Notes: generated from the sequence alone by a model not told the origin. 36,463 nucleotides of DNA from Dokdonella sp. (GCA_035760865.1 DASTSE010000378.1:1-36463), one strand, 5' to 3'; positions 7,570-17,752 are shown, counted from the stretch's first letter. Made by a program: numbers and translations.

Positions 7570-9165
7570 ATGTATCTTGAGTATTACGGCCTGCGCGAGC
7601 CGCCGTTCTCGATCACCCCGGATCCCCGCTATGTCTTCCTGTCCGAACGGCATCGGGACGCGCTCGCGCACCTGCTCTACGGCATCGGCAAGGGCGGCAG
7701 CGGCGGCTTCGTCCAGCTGACCGGCGAAGTCGGCACCGGCAAGACCACGCTGTGCCGGCTGCTGCTCGAGCAGCTGCCCGAGAACACGCGCATGGCGCTC
7801 GTGCTCAATCCGAAGCTGTCGCCTGTCGAGCTCGTCGAGACGGTCTGCGAGGAGCTCAAGCTGCCGATCGACGGCCAGCGCGGCAGCCTGAAGGCGCTCA
7901 CCGACACGCTCAATGCGTTCCTGCTCGACGCCTATGCGCAGGGCCTGCGCGTCGTGCTCATCGTCGACGAAGCGCAGAACCTTTCGACCGAGTCGCTGGA
8001 GCAGGTGCGCCTGCTCACCAACCTCGAGACGCCGACGCAGAAGCTGCTGCAGATCATCCTGCTCGGCCAGCCGGAGCTGCGCGAGATCCTCGAGCGGCCG
8101 GAGCTGCGCCAGCTCGCGCAGCGAATCACCGCGCGCTACCACCTCACGCCGCTCGATGCGGCCGAGACCGAAGCCTACGTGCGGCATCGCCTGGCGGTCG
8201 CCGGCTGCATGCGCATCCCGTTCTCGCGACTCGGCATGAAGGCGCTCTACCGTCGTTCGGGCGGCATACCGCGCCTCGTGAACATCATCGCCGACCGCGC
8301 GCTCATGGCCGGCTACGCGCGCGAACAGGACAGCATCGGCGAACGCCTCGTCGATCGCGCCGCCGACGAGACCCTGCCCGGCCACGCACGCTACTGGCTG
8401 CGTCGCTACGGCATCGCGGCAGTCGCAGTGGTGCTCCTGCTCGCCGCCGGCGCGGGCGCATGGTGGTGGATGCAGCGGCCGCAGCCGTCCGCGTTCGTGC
8501 CGGCCGCACCCGCGGTCGCCGCACCCGCTGCGGACGACGCGGAAGCGGCGCGGCTCGAGGCGCGCCTGGCCGAGAAGCCCGAAACCGAGCTGACGGCGTT
8601 CACCCAGTTGCTCGCACGCTGGCAGGTCGATGCCGACGCGGTGTCGGTGCGCGAAGCGAGCCGCTGCGCCGCGATCGTCGCCCCCGGCGTCGCCTGCCTG
8701 CGCGGACGCGCTTCGCTCGAGCAGCTCGTGCGCTTCGATCGGCCGCTGATCCTGCTGCTCGGCAAGGGAGACCACCCTGCGCATGCGCTGCTGCAGGGGG
8801 TCGGCAGGCAGCATGTCCGACTCGACCTCGCCGGCGCACGCTACGAACTCGCGCGCGAATCGCTGTCCAAGTTCTGGAACGGCGATTTCGTGGTGCTGTG
8901 GCAGCTGCCGGCGGACATTCCCGCGACGCTCGAACGCGGCGCGAGCGGCAGTGGCGTGGCGTGGGCGATCGAGCGCATGAAGACGTTCGACGGCGGAGCC
9001 GGTGCGGCCACGCCGGCGACGTTCGATGCGGCGTTCGAGGATCGCGTGCGCAAGCTGCAGCAAGCCTATGGCATCAAGGCCGACGGCATCATCGGCCCGG
9101 AAACCCTGTTCGCGCTGTCGGCGCTGGACGACGCCGGGCCGCACCTGGCCCGCACCGTGGAATGA
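7570..9165 (+). CDS. gspA: ExeA/GspA AAA ATPase with C-terminal peptidoglycan-binding domain
   Basis: MYLEYYGLREPPFSITPDP; Walker A GEVGTGKT; Walker B LIVDEAQN; one TM segment; PG-binding VRKLQQAYGIKADGIIGPET. Confidence 0.92.
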   Translation: MYLEYYGLREPPFSITPDPRYVFLSERHRDALAHLLYGIGKGGSGGFVQLTGEVGTGKTTLCRLLLEQLPENTRMALVLNPKLSPVELVETVCEELKLPIDGQRGSLKALTDTLNAFLLDAYAQGLRVVLIVDEAQNLSTESLEQVRLLTNLETPTQKLLQIILLGQPELREILERPELRQLAQRITARYHLTPLDAAETEAYVRHRLAVAGCMRIPFSRLGMKALYRRSGGIPRLVNIIADRALMAGYAREQDSIGERLVDRAADETLPGHARYWLRRYGIAAVAVVLLLAAGAGAWWWMQRPQPSAFVPAAPAVAAPAADDAEAARLEARLAEKPETELTAFTQLLARWQVDADAVSVREASRCAAIVAPGVACLRGRASLEQLVRFDRPLILLLGKGDHPAHALLQGVGRQHVRLDLAGARYELARESLSKFWNGDFVVLWQLPADIPATLERGASGSGVAWAIERMKTFDGGAGAATPATFDAAFEDRVRKLQQAYGIKADGIIGPETLFALSALDDAGPHLARTVE

Positions 9166-9195
9166 ACCTGCAACGCGAACGCAGCCGGAACCCCT

Positions 9196-10095
9196 ATGTC
9201 GTTGATTCTCGAAGCCCTGAAGAAATCCGAACAGCAGCGCCGGCTCGGTGAGATGCCAACGCTCGGTACGCCGGCCCTGCCGAGCCGTCGGCGACGCAGC
9301 TGGCTGCCGCTCGCGATCGGCCTCGTCGCCGTCGCGCTCGCGGTCGGCGGGTGGCTCATGATGCGTCGCCCGCCCCGATCCACCGACGAGGTCGCGCCTG
9401 CGGCGCCGCGGTCGGCCGCTGCCGGCACGGCGGCCGTGAAGCCACCTGCCGCACCGGCCCGCCCCGCGCGCGCCGAGACGAAGCCCGCGAGCGCGAAACC
9501 GGCCGCGGGCGGCGCGATCGTCGCGGCGCCGGTCGTGCCGATGCCGACGACGGATCGTCCCGGCGCGGTCGCGCTACCGCCGAATGCCGCACTCGTCGGC
9601 ACGCCCGGCGCAACCAAGCCCGGCGGCCCGTCGCGCACGCCGGCCGCTGCTCCGCCGCAACCGAAGCCGACGGCGACCGCGCCGGCGACCGCCGCGACGA
9701 AAGCGCCTGCGATGTCCGAGACGAAGGCTGCCGCCGCACCGGGCGCCAAGCCGGGCGTGCCGAACGTCGCGGCGGCAGCGCCGGGCGCAAAGCCCGATGC
9801 ACGAGCGGGATCGAACGCGGCCACACCGAAGCCGGCTCCGGCGCAGCCGCGGCAACCGGTGCTGCCGAGCGTCTGGGATCTGCCCTACGGCACGCGCAAG
9901 GAGCTGCCCGACCTCAAGCTCACGATGCACGTCTTTTCGAATGACGCCGCCGAACGCTTCATCGTCATCGAAGGCGAGCGCCACGTCGAAGGCGACGATC
10001 TGGGCAACGGCGTCGTGCTGCGCGAGATCCGCGCCGACGGCATGGTGCTCGACTTCAAGGGCCAGCGCTTCCTCTACCCGCGCGACGGACGCTGA
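9196..10095 (+). CDS. gspB: General secretion pathway protein GspB/ExeB
   Basis: MSLILEALKKSEQQR N-terminus, one TM, Pro/Ala-rich linker, C-terminal LPDLKLTMHVFSNDAAERFIVI domain; directly follows gspA. Confidence 0.88.
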   Translation: MSLILEALKKSEQQRRLGEMPTLGTPALPSRRRRSWLPLAIGLVAVALAVGGWLMMRRPPRSTDEVAPAAPRSAAAGTAAVKPPAAPARPARAETKPASAKPAAGGAIVAAPVVPMPTTDRPGAVALPPNAALVGTPGATKPGGPSRTPAAAPPQPKPTATAPATAATKAPAMSETKAAAAPGAKPGVPNVAAAAPGAKPDARAGSNAATPKPAPAQPRQPVLPSVWDLPYGTRKELPDLKLTMHVFSNDAAERFIVIEGERHVEGDDLGNGVVLREIRADGMVLDFKGQRFLYPRDGR

Positions 10096-10112
10096 CGCGC
10101 GCGGCGGCCGGC

Positions 10113-10796
10113 ATGTTCGTCTACCTGCCGAGTTCGCGCCGCACCGGTCCGCCCTGGGCGACGCTGCTCATCGTCGCCGCATGCGTGGCGACGTTCCTCT
10201 GGCTCGTGACGCTGCCGCCGGCCGAGCGCCTGGCGACCCTCACGCGCTGGGGTACGGTGCCATCGACCCTGCTCGATCCGCGCGCGCCCTGGTGGCAGCA
10301 ATTGCTCGAGCTGCGTGCGGCCCGCCTCGTCACCGCGATCTTCATCCATGCGGACTGGTTGCACCTGACCGGCAACCTGTTGTTCCTGATCGTGTTCGGC
10401 GTGTCGGCCGAGCGCGCGCTCGGCTCGCCGCGCTTCCTCGCGATGTTCGTCACCGGCGGCGCGCTCGCCAATCTCGTCGGCGCGCTCACGCTCGCCGGCA
10501 CGAACGCGCCGATCGTCGGTTCGAGCGGCGCCGTGTCCGCGGTCGTCGGCGCCTACCTCGCACTGTTCCCGCGCGCGCGCCTCGGCCTCGTGCTGCCGCT
10601 CGGCGTGTTCCTCGAGTTCGTGCGCATCCCCGCGCCGCTGCTGATCGGCTTCTGGGCCGCCCTGCAACTGCTTTTCACCTACGTCGGTCCGGCATTCGGT
10701 GCGGTCGCATGGTGGACGCACATCGCCGGCTTCGTGATCGGCATCCTGCTCGCCCTGCTGTCCCGCCCGGCGATCGCGCGGCGCCTGAGGAACTAA
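10113..10796 (+). CDS. Rhomboid intramembrane serine protease (S54)
   Basis: FIHADWLHLTGNLLFL; catalytic VGSSGAVS; WWTHIAGFVIG. Confidence 0.92.
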   Translation: MFVYLPSSRRTGPPWATLLIVAACVATFLWLVTLPPAERLATLTRWGTVPSTLLDPRAPWWQQLLELRAARLVTAIFIHADWLHLTGNLLFLIVFGVSAERALGSPRFLAMFVTGGALANLVGALTLAGTNAPIVGSSGAVSAVVGAYLALFPRARLGLVLPLGVFLEFVRIPAPLLIGFWAALQLLFTYVGPAFGAVAWWTHIAGFVIGILLALLSRPAIARRLRN

Positions 10797-10895
10797 GCTG
10801 GTGGCGCGGCAATGCCCGGCCCGGTCCCTCCGTGCCGCGCACGTCGGTGCCGTGGTCACACCGGGTCGAGGCCGTCGCGGCGCTACAATCGCCGC

Positions 10896-11222
10896 ATGCG
10901 CCCGGCCAAACTCTACAAGGTCACCTTCCTCTCGCAGGGCAAGAGCCTCGAGCTGTACGCGCGGCACGTGAGCTCGAGCCACCTGTGGGGATTCACCGAG
11001 ATCGGCGACCTCGTGTTCGCGACGCCCGGCGAAGGCCTCGTCGTCGATCCGACCGAAGAGCGCCTGCGCGAAGAGTTCCAGCACACGACGATGCTGCACG
11101 TGCCGATGCACGCGATCGTGCGCATCGAGGAAGTCGCCCGCCGCGGCGTCGCGGCGATCCGAGACGCCGCGAGCGGCGACAAGATCATGCCGTTCCCGCT
11201 CGCGCCGCCGCGCTCGAAGTAG
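10896..11222 (+). CDS. DUF1820 family protein
   Basis: LYKVTFLSQGKSLELYAR...LWGFTEIGDLVF...VVDPTEERLREEF...HVPMHAIVRIEEV. Confidence 0.8.
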   Translation: MRPAKLYKVTFLSQGKSLELYARHVSSSHLWGFTEIGDLVFATPGEGLVVDPTEERLREEFQHTTMLHVPMHAIVRIEEVARRGVAAIRDAASGDKIMPFPLAPPRSK

Positions 11223-11255
11223 GCCCGCGCACGGCGCCGCACCGGCGCCGTCGCG

Positions 11256-11531
11256 TCATTCGGACGACGCGAGCGCGCCGAAGCTGCGCAGGTTCTCGCG
11301 GAACATCGCCTCGTATTCGGCGCGGAACGCGATCGTCGCTTCGTCCGGGGTCTGCTGCAGCAGCTGGCTGCGGTTGACCCACTGGAATGCGTTGAAACGC
11401 GCCGCGGCGAACAGGATCGCCGCGCTCACGCGCGATTGCGGGAAGCGCTGGCCGAACTCGTTGGCCTGCGCGACGAAGCGGTCGACGAGTTCGAAGAACT
11501 GGTCTTCGGTGATGTCCTGCGGGGTGTTCAT
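11256..11531 (-). CDS. DUF3144 family protein
   Basis: FFELVDRFVAQANE...VSAAILFAAARFNAF...EYEAMFRENL. Confidence 0.75.
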   Translation of the reverse strand: MNTPQDITEDQFFELVDRFVAQANEFGQRFPQSRVSAAILFAAARFNAFQWVNRSQLLQQTPDEATIAFRAEYEAMFRENLRSFGALASSE

Positions 11532-11722
11532 CGCAACTCCGATGGATGTCCCGACGACGGGCTCCTTGCCCTTCCGTCAGATCGGCGCGCCCGTGGGTAC
11601 CGGGCCGCCTGCATGATCGAGCGCTCGCGCTCCTCGCGGACGGCACGTCCGGTGCCGCGGAACGCCGATCCGTCGCGGCGTTCCCGATGCGCGAAACCGC
11701 GTATGGTCGGTCGCCGGCGGCG

Positions 11723-12391
11723 TCAATGCAATGCCGCGCCGAAGCGCGCGAACCGCGGCTGCCAGTGGTCGGTGATGTCGGCGGAGACGAGGATGCGCTC
11801 GGCGCGCGCGATGAGCCTGTCGCGCGGCACGAAGCCGATGTAGCGCGAGTCCTCGCTGTTGTCGCGGTTGTCGCCGAGCATGAGGTACTGGTCGGACGGC
11901 ACGAGGACCGGGCCGAAACTCGAGCGCGCGGCGCTGCCGGGCAACCACTGCACGACGCGCTCGGAGCCGGCGACGGCCTCGCGCTCGCGTTCGGCCGCGA
12001 TGCCGTGCTGGCCGACGTGTGCGGGCGACTCGCGGCCCATCGGCTCGTAGCGCGCTTCATCGCCGTTGACGAGCAGGCGGTTGTCGCGCATCTCGACCGT
12101 GTCGCCCGGCAGCGCGACGACGCGCTTGATCAGGCGCGTGCCGTCCTTCGGCGACGAGAATGTCACGATGTCGCCGCGACGCGGATCGCCGACGTGCGCG
12201 AGCACCGTGTCGGAAAACGGCAGGCGCACGTCGTAGGCGAGCCGGTTCACGAGCACGACGTCGCCTTCGAGGATGGTCGGGCGCATCGATGCGGTCGGCA
12301 CCGGGTTCCAGTCGGCGACTGCGCCGCGGAACACGCCGAGCAGGAGCAGGAACGCGATGATGCGACGATTCGCGCGCAGCCAGTTCTTCAT
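11723..12391 (-). CDS. lepB: Signal peptidase I (S26)
   Basis: VPTASMRPTILEGD (Ser), LIKRVVALPGD (Lys), LGDNRDNSEDSRYIG. Confidence 0.93.
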   Translation of the reverse strand: MKNWLRANRRIIAFLLLLGVFRGAVADWNPVPTASMRPTILEGDVVLVNRLAYDVRLPFSDTVLAHVGDPRRGDIVTFSSPKDGTRLIKRVVALPGDTVEMRDNRLLVNGDEARYEPMGRESPAHVGQHGIAAEREREAVAGSERVVQWLPGSAARSSFGPVLVPSDQYLMLGDNRDNSEDSRYIGFVPRDRLIARAERILVSADITDHWQPRFARFGAALH

Positions 12392-12451
12392 CGGACATCC
12401 TCTCGACGGGTTTTCGACGCCCGCTGGGGTCGGCGGGTACCACGCGGATCA

Positions 12452-12478
12452 CGGACGGCGGCGACGCGCCGCCGTCCG
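12452..12478. terminator. GC hairpin downstream of ctpA (possible terminator or stabiliser)
   Basis: CGGACGGCGGCG-ACG-CGCCGCCGTCCG forms a perfect 12-bp stem; no clear U tract. Confidence 0.35.
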
Positions 12479-12484
12479 CGATCG

Positions 12485-13837
12485 TCAGCCTTTCGCGGGC
12501 GCGCTCGTCGCACGAGGCGTCCGCAGCGCGAGCGCCTTGAGCGCATTGAGCGCTTCGTTGAGCGCGTAGTCCTGCTGCAGGTCGCGGTTCGCGGCCGGCG
12601 GCGTCTCGACCGCGTTGCCTTCGTTCGCACCCTTGAGATGGTTGCGCAGGTCGCGCTCGCCGAGGATCGGCGACGGTTCGCGGTCGCGCTGGCTCAACGC
12701 GAGGTCGGCGAGCGCGATGTCGGGCTCGATGCCCGCCGCCTGGATCGATACGCCGCTCGGCGTGTAGTAGCGCGCGGTGGTGAGCTTCACCGCGTGGTCG
12801 GCGTCGAGCGGCAGCACGGTCTGCACGGAGCCCTTGCCGAACGTGCGCCGGCCCATCAGCAGCGCGCGATGATTGTCCTTCAGCGCCCCGGCGACGATCT
12901 CGGCCGCCGACGCGGTGCCGTTGTCGACGAGCACGACCATCGGTGCGCCCGCGAGCAGGTCGCCCGGCGTCGCGCGGAACGTCATCTCCGAATCGTGGAC
13001 GCGGCCGCGCGTGCTGACGATGACGCCGCCGTCGAGGAATTCGTCGCCGACTTCGATCGCGGCCGTGAGCAGGCCACCCGGGTTGCTGCGCAGGTCGAGC
13101 ACGGCGCCGCGCAGGGGCGCCTTGTTCTCGGCCGCGAGGCGCTCGATTCGCCGGCGCAGCTGCGCGCCGGTCTCGGCCTGGAACTGGCTGATGCGCAGGT
13201 ACGCATAACCGGGCTCGAGCACGCGCCCGTTCGCGCTTGCGAGGCGGATCACCTCGCGCTTGAGCGGAATGTCGATCGGCAGGGTCTGCTTCTCGTGCAG
13301 CACGCTGAGCGTGATCGGCGAGCCGGGCTTGCCGCGCAATTGCGCGACCGCGCCGTCGAGGTCGTCGGACTGTACCGGCTTGCCGTCGATGCGCACGATC
13401 GTGTCGCCGGCCTTGATGCCCGCGCGCTCGGCGGGCGAATCGTCGATCGGGGCGATCACCTTGAGGCTACCGTCGACCTGCACGACCTCGATGCCGAGGC
13501 CGGCGTAGCTGCCGGTCGTGTCCTCGGCGAGATCTTCCATCTGCTCCTTGCCGAGATACTCGCTGTGCGGATCGAGCCCGCCGAGGAGGCCGCGGATGGC
13601 CGCCTGCATGAGGCGGTGGTCGTCGACGTCGTCGACGTAGGCCTGCTTGACGAGGCTGTATACGGCCGTGAACGCGCGAATGTCCGCGAGGTCGAGCGGC
13701 GCGTTCTTGCTCGGCGCGGCGGCCGCTGCGGGCGCCTTCGCATCGACCGCGCCCGCGCCCGTGGCGGGCGGTTCGTCCGCGTAGGCCGGCGCGCATGCGA
13801 AGACGAAAAGGAACGTGGACAACAGGTGCTTGGACAT
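12485..13837 (-). CDS. ctpA: Carboxyl-terminal processing protease (S41, PDZ)
   Basis: Signal peptide; LDPHSEYL, GLGIEV, DLRSNPGG, TASAAEIVAGAL, TFGKGSVQ. Confidence 0.93.
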   Translation of the reverse strand: MSKHLLSTFLFVFACAPAYADEPPATGAGAVDAKAPAAAAAPSKNAPLDLADIRAFTAVYSLVKQAYVDDVDDHRLMQAAIRGLLGGLDPHSEYLGKEQMEDLAEDTTGSYAGLGIEVVQVDGSLKVIAPIDDSPAERAGIKAGDTIVRIDGKPVQSDDLDGAVAQLRGKPGSPITLSVLHEKQTLPIDIPLKREVIRLASANGRVLEPGYAYLRISQFQAETGAQLRRRIERLAAENKAPLRGAVLDLRSNPGGLLTAAIEVGDEFLDGGVIVSTRGRVHDSEMTFRATPGDLLAGAPMVVLVDNGTASAAEIVAGALKDNHRALLMGRRTFGKGSVQTVLPLDADHAVKLTTARYYTPSGVSIQAAGIEPDIALADLALSQRDREPSPILGERDLRNHLKGANEGNAVETPPAANRDLQQDYALNEALNALKALALRTPRATSAPAKG

Positions 13838-14017
13838 CGGGCCGAACCTCACGCGTGAACGACGAGCGGCCGACCGGCCGCTCCACCACGAAGACGTGCC
13901 GCCGCAGGCGCTCGAATGCAAGCAGCGACGGGCGCTGCGGCGTGCACGGGTTGCAGTGTAGACCCGCTGCGCCACGCGCGCGTTGCCATGGACCGCATTT
14001 CCCGCCGAACGTTCCGT

Positions 14018-15193
14018 TCAGCGCAGCCAGGCGCGAGGATCGACCGCACGGCCGTTCGACCGCAGCTCGAAATAGAGACCGGGCACCTTCTGGCCGCCGC
14101 TCGCGCCGCTGGTCGCGATCGTCTCGCCCGCGTCGACCCAGTCGCCGACGTCCTTGAGCAGCGTCTCGTTGCAGCCGTACAGGCTCAGGTAGCCGTCGCC
14201 GTGGTCGACGATGAGCATGAGGCCGTATCCACGCAGCCAGTCGGCGAACGCGACGCGGCCATGCGAGATCGCGTGCACGGGACTGCCGCTCTTCGCCGCG
14301 AGCAGCAGGCCGCTGCTGCGCCGACCCGAATCGTCGGCGGCGCCGAACGCGGTCACGATCTTGCCTTGCAGCGGCCAGGCGAGCCGGCCGCGCAGCGTCG
14401 CGAACGATGCCGCGCCGGCGAGCTGGCTCGGGATGTCCGCGAACACGTCGCGCAGGCGCTCGATCAGGCTGCCGAGCTCGGCCTCGTCGCGACCGAGCGC
14501 GGCGATCCGCGCGGCCTGGTCCTTCAGCGTCGCCTCGAGCCGAGCGACGAGCTCCTCGCGCGCCGCGCGCTCGCCGTCGAGCTTCGTGCCCTCGGCGCTG
14601 CGCGCGTCGCGCGTCGCGGCGAGTGCCGCGCGGGCAGCGCGGATCTGCTCCTGCACGTCGGCGAGCCGGCGCAGGTCGCCGAGCAGGCGGTCGATCTGCT
14701 CGACCTGGGCGCGCTGGAAATAGCGATGGTAGGCGAGCACGCGCGAAATCGCGGCGACGTCGTCCTGCTGCAGCAGCAGCTTGAGTTCCTCGCCGTGACC
14801 GAGCGCGTAGGCCGATCGCAGCAGGCCACCGAGCGCCTCGCGCTGCGTCGCCAGCGTGCGATCGAGCTTCGTCTTCTCGGCGTCGAGTTGGTCCAGGCGG
14901 GCCTGCTGCGCGGCGATGTCGCCATCGAGCGCACGCACGTCGCGGGCGACGGCGGCGAGCGCGAGTTCCTTCTCGCGCAGCGCGCGCGCGGCCGCATCGC
15001 GTTCGCCGCCTGCCGCGCGCTGCTGCTCGGCGAGGGCCCTGAGTTCGGCGCGCACGGCGTCGAGCTTCTTCTTCGCTTCCTGTTCCTGTGCCGCGCGCTG
15101 CGGGTCGGGGGTTTCCTGTGCAGGCGCGTGCGGCGCCGCGACGAGCGCCGCCGCGAGGCAGCCGAGCGCGAATGCGTGCAGGCGCGTCGCCAC
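14018..15193 (-). CDS. envC: Murein hydrolase activator EnvC
   Basis: Signal peptide, long coiled coil and a degenerate M23 domain lacking the HxxxD/HxH ligands; gpmI-envC-ctpA synteny. Confidence 0.9.
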   Translation of the reverse strand: MATRLHAFALGCLAAALVAAPHAPAQETPDPQRAAQEQEAKKKLDAVRAELRALAEQQRAAGGERDAAARALREKELALAAVARDVRALDGDIAAQQARLDQLDAEKTKLDRTLATQREALGGLLRSAYALGHGEELKLLLQQDDVAAISRVLAYHRYFQRAQVEQIDRLLGDLRRLADVQEQIRAARAALAATRDARSAEGTKLDGERAAREELVARLEATLKDQAARIAALGRDEAELGSLIERLRDVFADIPSQLAGAASFATLRGRLAWPLQGKIVTAFGAADDSGRRSSGLLLAAKSGSPVHAISHGRVAFADWLRGYGLMLIVDHGDGYLSLYGCNETLLKDVGDWVDAGETIATSGASGGQKVPGLYFELRSNGRAVDPRAWLR

Positions 15194-16720
15194 TCAGGCG
15201 AATTCGACCAGGCTGCGTCCGCTCATCTCGGCCGGCTGCGGCAGGCCCATCAGCGCGAGCACGGTCGGCGCGAGGTCGCGCAACGCGCCATGGTGCAGGC
15301 GCGCGTCGCGACCGACGTAGACGAGCGGCACCGGCCCGACCGTATGCTGCGTGTGCGGCACGCCGTCCTCGTCGACCATCTGCTCGAGATTGCCGTGATC
15401 GGCGCTGACCAGCATCTCGCCGCCGGCCGCGCGGATCGCCGCGACGAGACGGCCGAGCGCGACGTCGACCGCTTCGGCGGCCTTGATCGCAGCCGCTTCG
15501 ACGCCGGTGTGACCGACCATGTCGGGATTGGCGATGTTGCAGACGATGAAGTCGAAGCGGCCGGAACCGATCGCCTCGACGAGGCGGTCGGTGAGTTCGG
15601 GGCAGCTCATTTCCGGCTTGAGATCGTACGTGGCGACCTTCGGGCTCGGCACCAGGATGCGTTCCTCGCCCGGGAACGGCTCCTCGCGCCCGCCGGAAAA
15701 GAAGAACGTCACGTGCGCGTACTTCTCGGTTTCGGCGATGCGCAGCTGGGTCAGGCCGCGCGCGGCGAGGACTTCGCCGAGCGTGTTGCGCATCGATTGC
15801 GGCGGCCACGCGACCGCGGTCGCGGCGAGGCCCTGCTCGTACTCGGTCAAGGTCACGAATGCGGACAGGCGCGGGGCGTGCACGCGCGGGAAGCCGTCGA
15901 ACTGCGCGTCGACGAACGCGTGCGAGAGTTCGCGTGCGCGATCGGCGCGGAAATTCATGAATACGACCGCATCGCCGTCGGCCATGCGCGCGCCGCCGTC
16001 GACGACGGTCGGCTTGACGAACTCGTCGTTCTCGCCGCGCGCGTAGGCGTCGCGCAGCGCGGTCGCGGCGTCGATCGCGTGGTACTCGGCGACCGCCTCG
16101 GCGATCGCGCTCCAGGCGAGCCGAACGCGCTCCCAGCGGTGGTCGCGATCCATCGCGAAGTAGCGGCCGCTCACGCTCGCCACGCGCGCGTTGCCGAGGT
16201 CGGCGCACTTGGCCGCGAGCGCCTCGATGCTCGGCCCGGCGCTGCGCGGCGGCGTGTCGCGTCCGTCGAGGAACGCATGCACGGCGACGCGCGCGACGCC
16301 GCGGCGTGCGGCAAGATCGAGCATCGCGAAGATGTGGCGCTCGTGGCTGTGCACGCCGCCCGGCGACAGCAGTCCCAGCACGTGCAACGTGCCGCCGCCG
16401 AGGCGCGCGGCGTCGCAGGCGCCGACCAGCGCGGGATTCTCGTCGAACGAGCCGTCGGCGATCGCCGCGTCGATGCGCGTGAGGTCCTGGTAGACGATCC
16501 GGCCCGAACCGATGTTCATGTGCCCGACTTCGGAATTGCCCATCTGTCCGTCCGGCAGGCCGACGTACTCGCCGTGCGTTTCGACGAGCGTGTGCGGGCA
16601 TTCGGCGAGCAGGCGCCGCCAGTTCGGACAGTCCGCCATAGCGATCGCGTTGTGCGCGGTCTCGGCGCGGTAACCCCACCCGTCGAGGATCAGCAGCAGG
16701 ATCGGCTTGGGTCGTGACAC
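15194..16720 (-). CDS. gpmI: 2,3-bisphosphoglycerate-independent phosphoglycerate mutase
   Basis: [50 protein letters not shown] start at 16720. Confidence 0.96.
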   Translation of the reverse strand: MSRPKPILLLILDGWGYRAETAHNAIAMADCPNWRRLLAECPHTLVETHGEYVGLPDGQMGNSEVGHMNIGSGRIVYQDLTRIDAAIADGSFDENPALVGACDAARLGGGTLHVLGLLSPGGVHSHERHIFAMLDLAARRGVARVAVHAFLDGRDTPPRSAGPSIEALAAKCADLGNARVASVSGRYFAMDRDHRWERVRLAWSAIAEAVAEYHAIDAATALRDAYARGENDEFVKPTVVDGGARMADGDAVVFMNFRADRARELSHAFVDAQFDGFPRVHAPRLSAFVTLTEYEQGLAATAVAWPPQSMRNTLGEVLAARGLTQLRIAETEKYAHVTFFFSGGREEPFPGEERILVPSPKVATYDLKPEMSCPELTDRLVEAIGSGRFDFIVCNIANPDMVGHTGVEAAAIKAAEAVDVALGRLVAAIRAAGGEMLVSADHGNLEQMVDEDGVPHTQHTVGPVPLVYVGRDARLHHGALRDLAPTVLALMGLPQPAEMSGRSLVEFA

Positions 16721-16842
16721 GTGGCACTGTCCATGACGTTGGCTGGCGCCAATGCTAGTGGGGTGCCGGGCAAATATCACCCACGAATCGATGCAGGTGC
16801 CGGTCGCGGCGCGCCTGCACGCCACCGCCCGTGGATGCGTTT

Positions 16843-16870
16843 CAACCTTTGCGCGCGTCCATGCATCCAA
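16843..16870 (+). promoter_or_regulatory. Possible ECF-sigma promoter of the DUF4097-like gene
   Basis: CAACC...GCATCCAA with ECF-like spacing, about 30 nt before AGGAGG and ATG 16900. Confidence 0.3.
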
Positions 16871-16899
16871 GCTCCCGACTGCACCCACAGGAGGCCGCC

Positions 16900-17556
16900 A
16901 TGCACTGCAAGACCGCGCTGTCCCTCGCTCTCGCCTCGCTGTTCGTCGCCGCCGGCGCCTCGGCGCGCGGCATCGACGTCGACAAGGTGAACGGCTCGAT
17001 CCACATCGAAAGCGACCAGCAAGCCGGCTCGTTGAGCACGGTCAACGGATCGATCCGCATCGACGGCGGCGGCAGCGCCACCAAGGTGTCGACCGTCAAC
17101 GGCGGCATCGAACTCGGCGATCGCGCGACGGCCGAGTCGCTCGAAACCGTCAACGGCGGCATCGAGCTCGGCGCCGGCGCGCGCATCAGCGGCACGGTCG
17201 AGGCCGTCAACGGCGGCGTTCGCCTCGGCAAGGGCGCCGACATCGCCGGGCATGCCTCGAACGTCAATGGCCGCTACGTGCTCGACGCGGCGCACATCGG
17301 CGGCGGCATCGAGACGGTCAGCGGCGACATCGAGATCGGCGCCGACTCGCGCGTCGAGGGCGGCATCCTCGTCGACAAGCCGCACGGCTGGTCGTGGGGC
17401 AAGCAGCGCAACCCGCGCATCGTGATCGGTCCGCACGCGATCGTCGAGGGTACGCTCGAATTCCGCCGCGAAGTCGAGCTCTACGTGAGCGACAGCGCGA
17501 AGATCGGCGAGATCAAGGGCGCGAAGGCGACGAAGTTCTCCGGCGACCAGCCGTGA
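16900..17556 (+). CDS. Exported beta-strand-repeat protein (DUF4097/putative adhesin-like)
   Basis: Signal peptide; repeats of (S/T/K/A)VNG(S/G)I(x)(I/L); RBS AGGAGG. Confidence 0.75.
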   Translation: MHCKTALSLALASLFVAAGASARGIDVDKVNGSIHIESDQQAGSLSTVNGSIRIDGGGSATKVSTVNGGIELGDRATAESLETVNGGIELGAGARISGTVEAVNGGVRLGKGADIAGHASNVNGRYVLDAAHIGGGIETVSGDIEIGADSRVEGGILVDKPHGWSWGKQRNPRIVIGPHAIVEGTLEFRREVELYVSDSAKIGEIKGAKATKFSGDQP

Positions 17557-17679
17557 GTTCCGACGTGTCCTGCGCTCGATGAATGGCGCGGCCGGGGATG
17601 GCCGCTGCGGCCCAGCCGAAGCCGCGCCTCGCGAGCGCATCCGGACCGATCGGACAGCCGCGATCGCGGACGATCGCGC

Positions 17680-17752
17680 AAAAAAAGGCCCCGCACCGCT
17701 GACGACGGTACGGGGCGAGGACGTGCCAAGGAGGGGATCGCGCCATCCATGG
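17680..17752 (-). ncRNA. Candidate small RNA with anti-Shine-Dalgarno motif (sX9-like)
   Basis: Minus strand ATGGATGGCGCGATCCCCTCCTTGGCACGTCCTC followed by terminator GCCCCGTACCG-TCGTCAG-CGGTGCGGGGC-CTTTTTTT. Both flanking genes are on the + strand, so the minus-strand terminator implies its own transcript. Resemblance to Xanthomonadales sX9 is from memory. Confidence 0.65.

Noticed and set aside
9370-9860. Low-complexity Pro/Ala/Lys stretch
   Set aside because: Ordinary periplasm-spanning linker of GspB, not a DNA repeat element.
14018-14400. M23 domain without zinc ligands as a possible pseudogene
   Set aside because: A degenerate LytM domain is the normal state of EnvC.
13467-16727. 1086-aa (-) and 933-aa (+) ORFs over envC and gpmI
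   Set aside because: Alternative-frame and antisense shadows of well-recognised genes.
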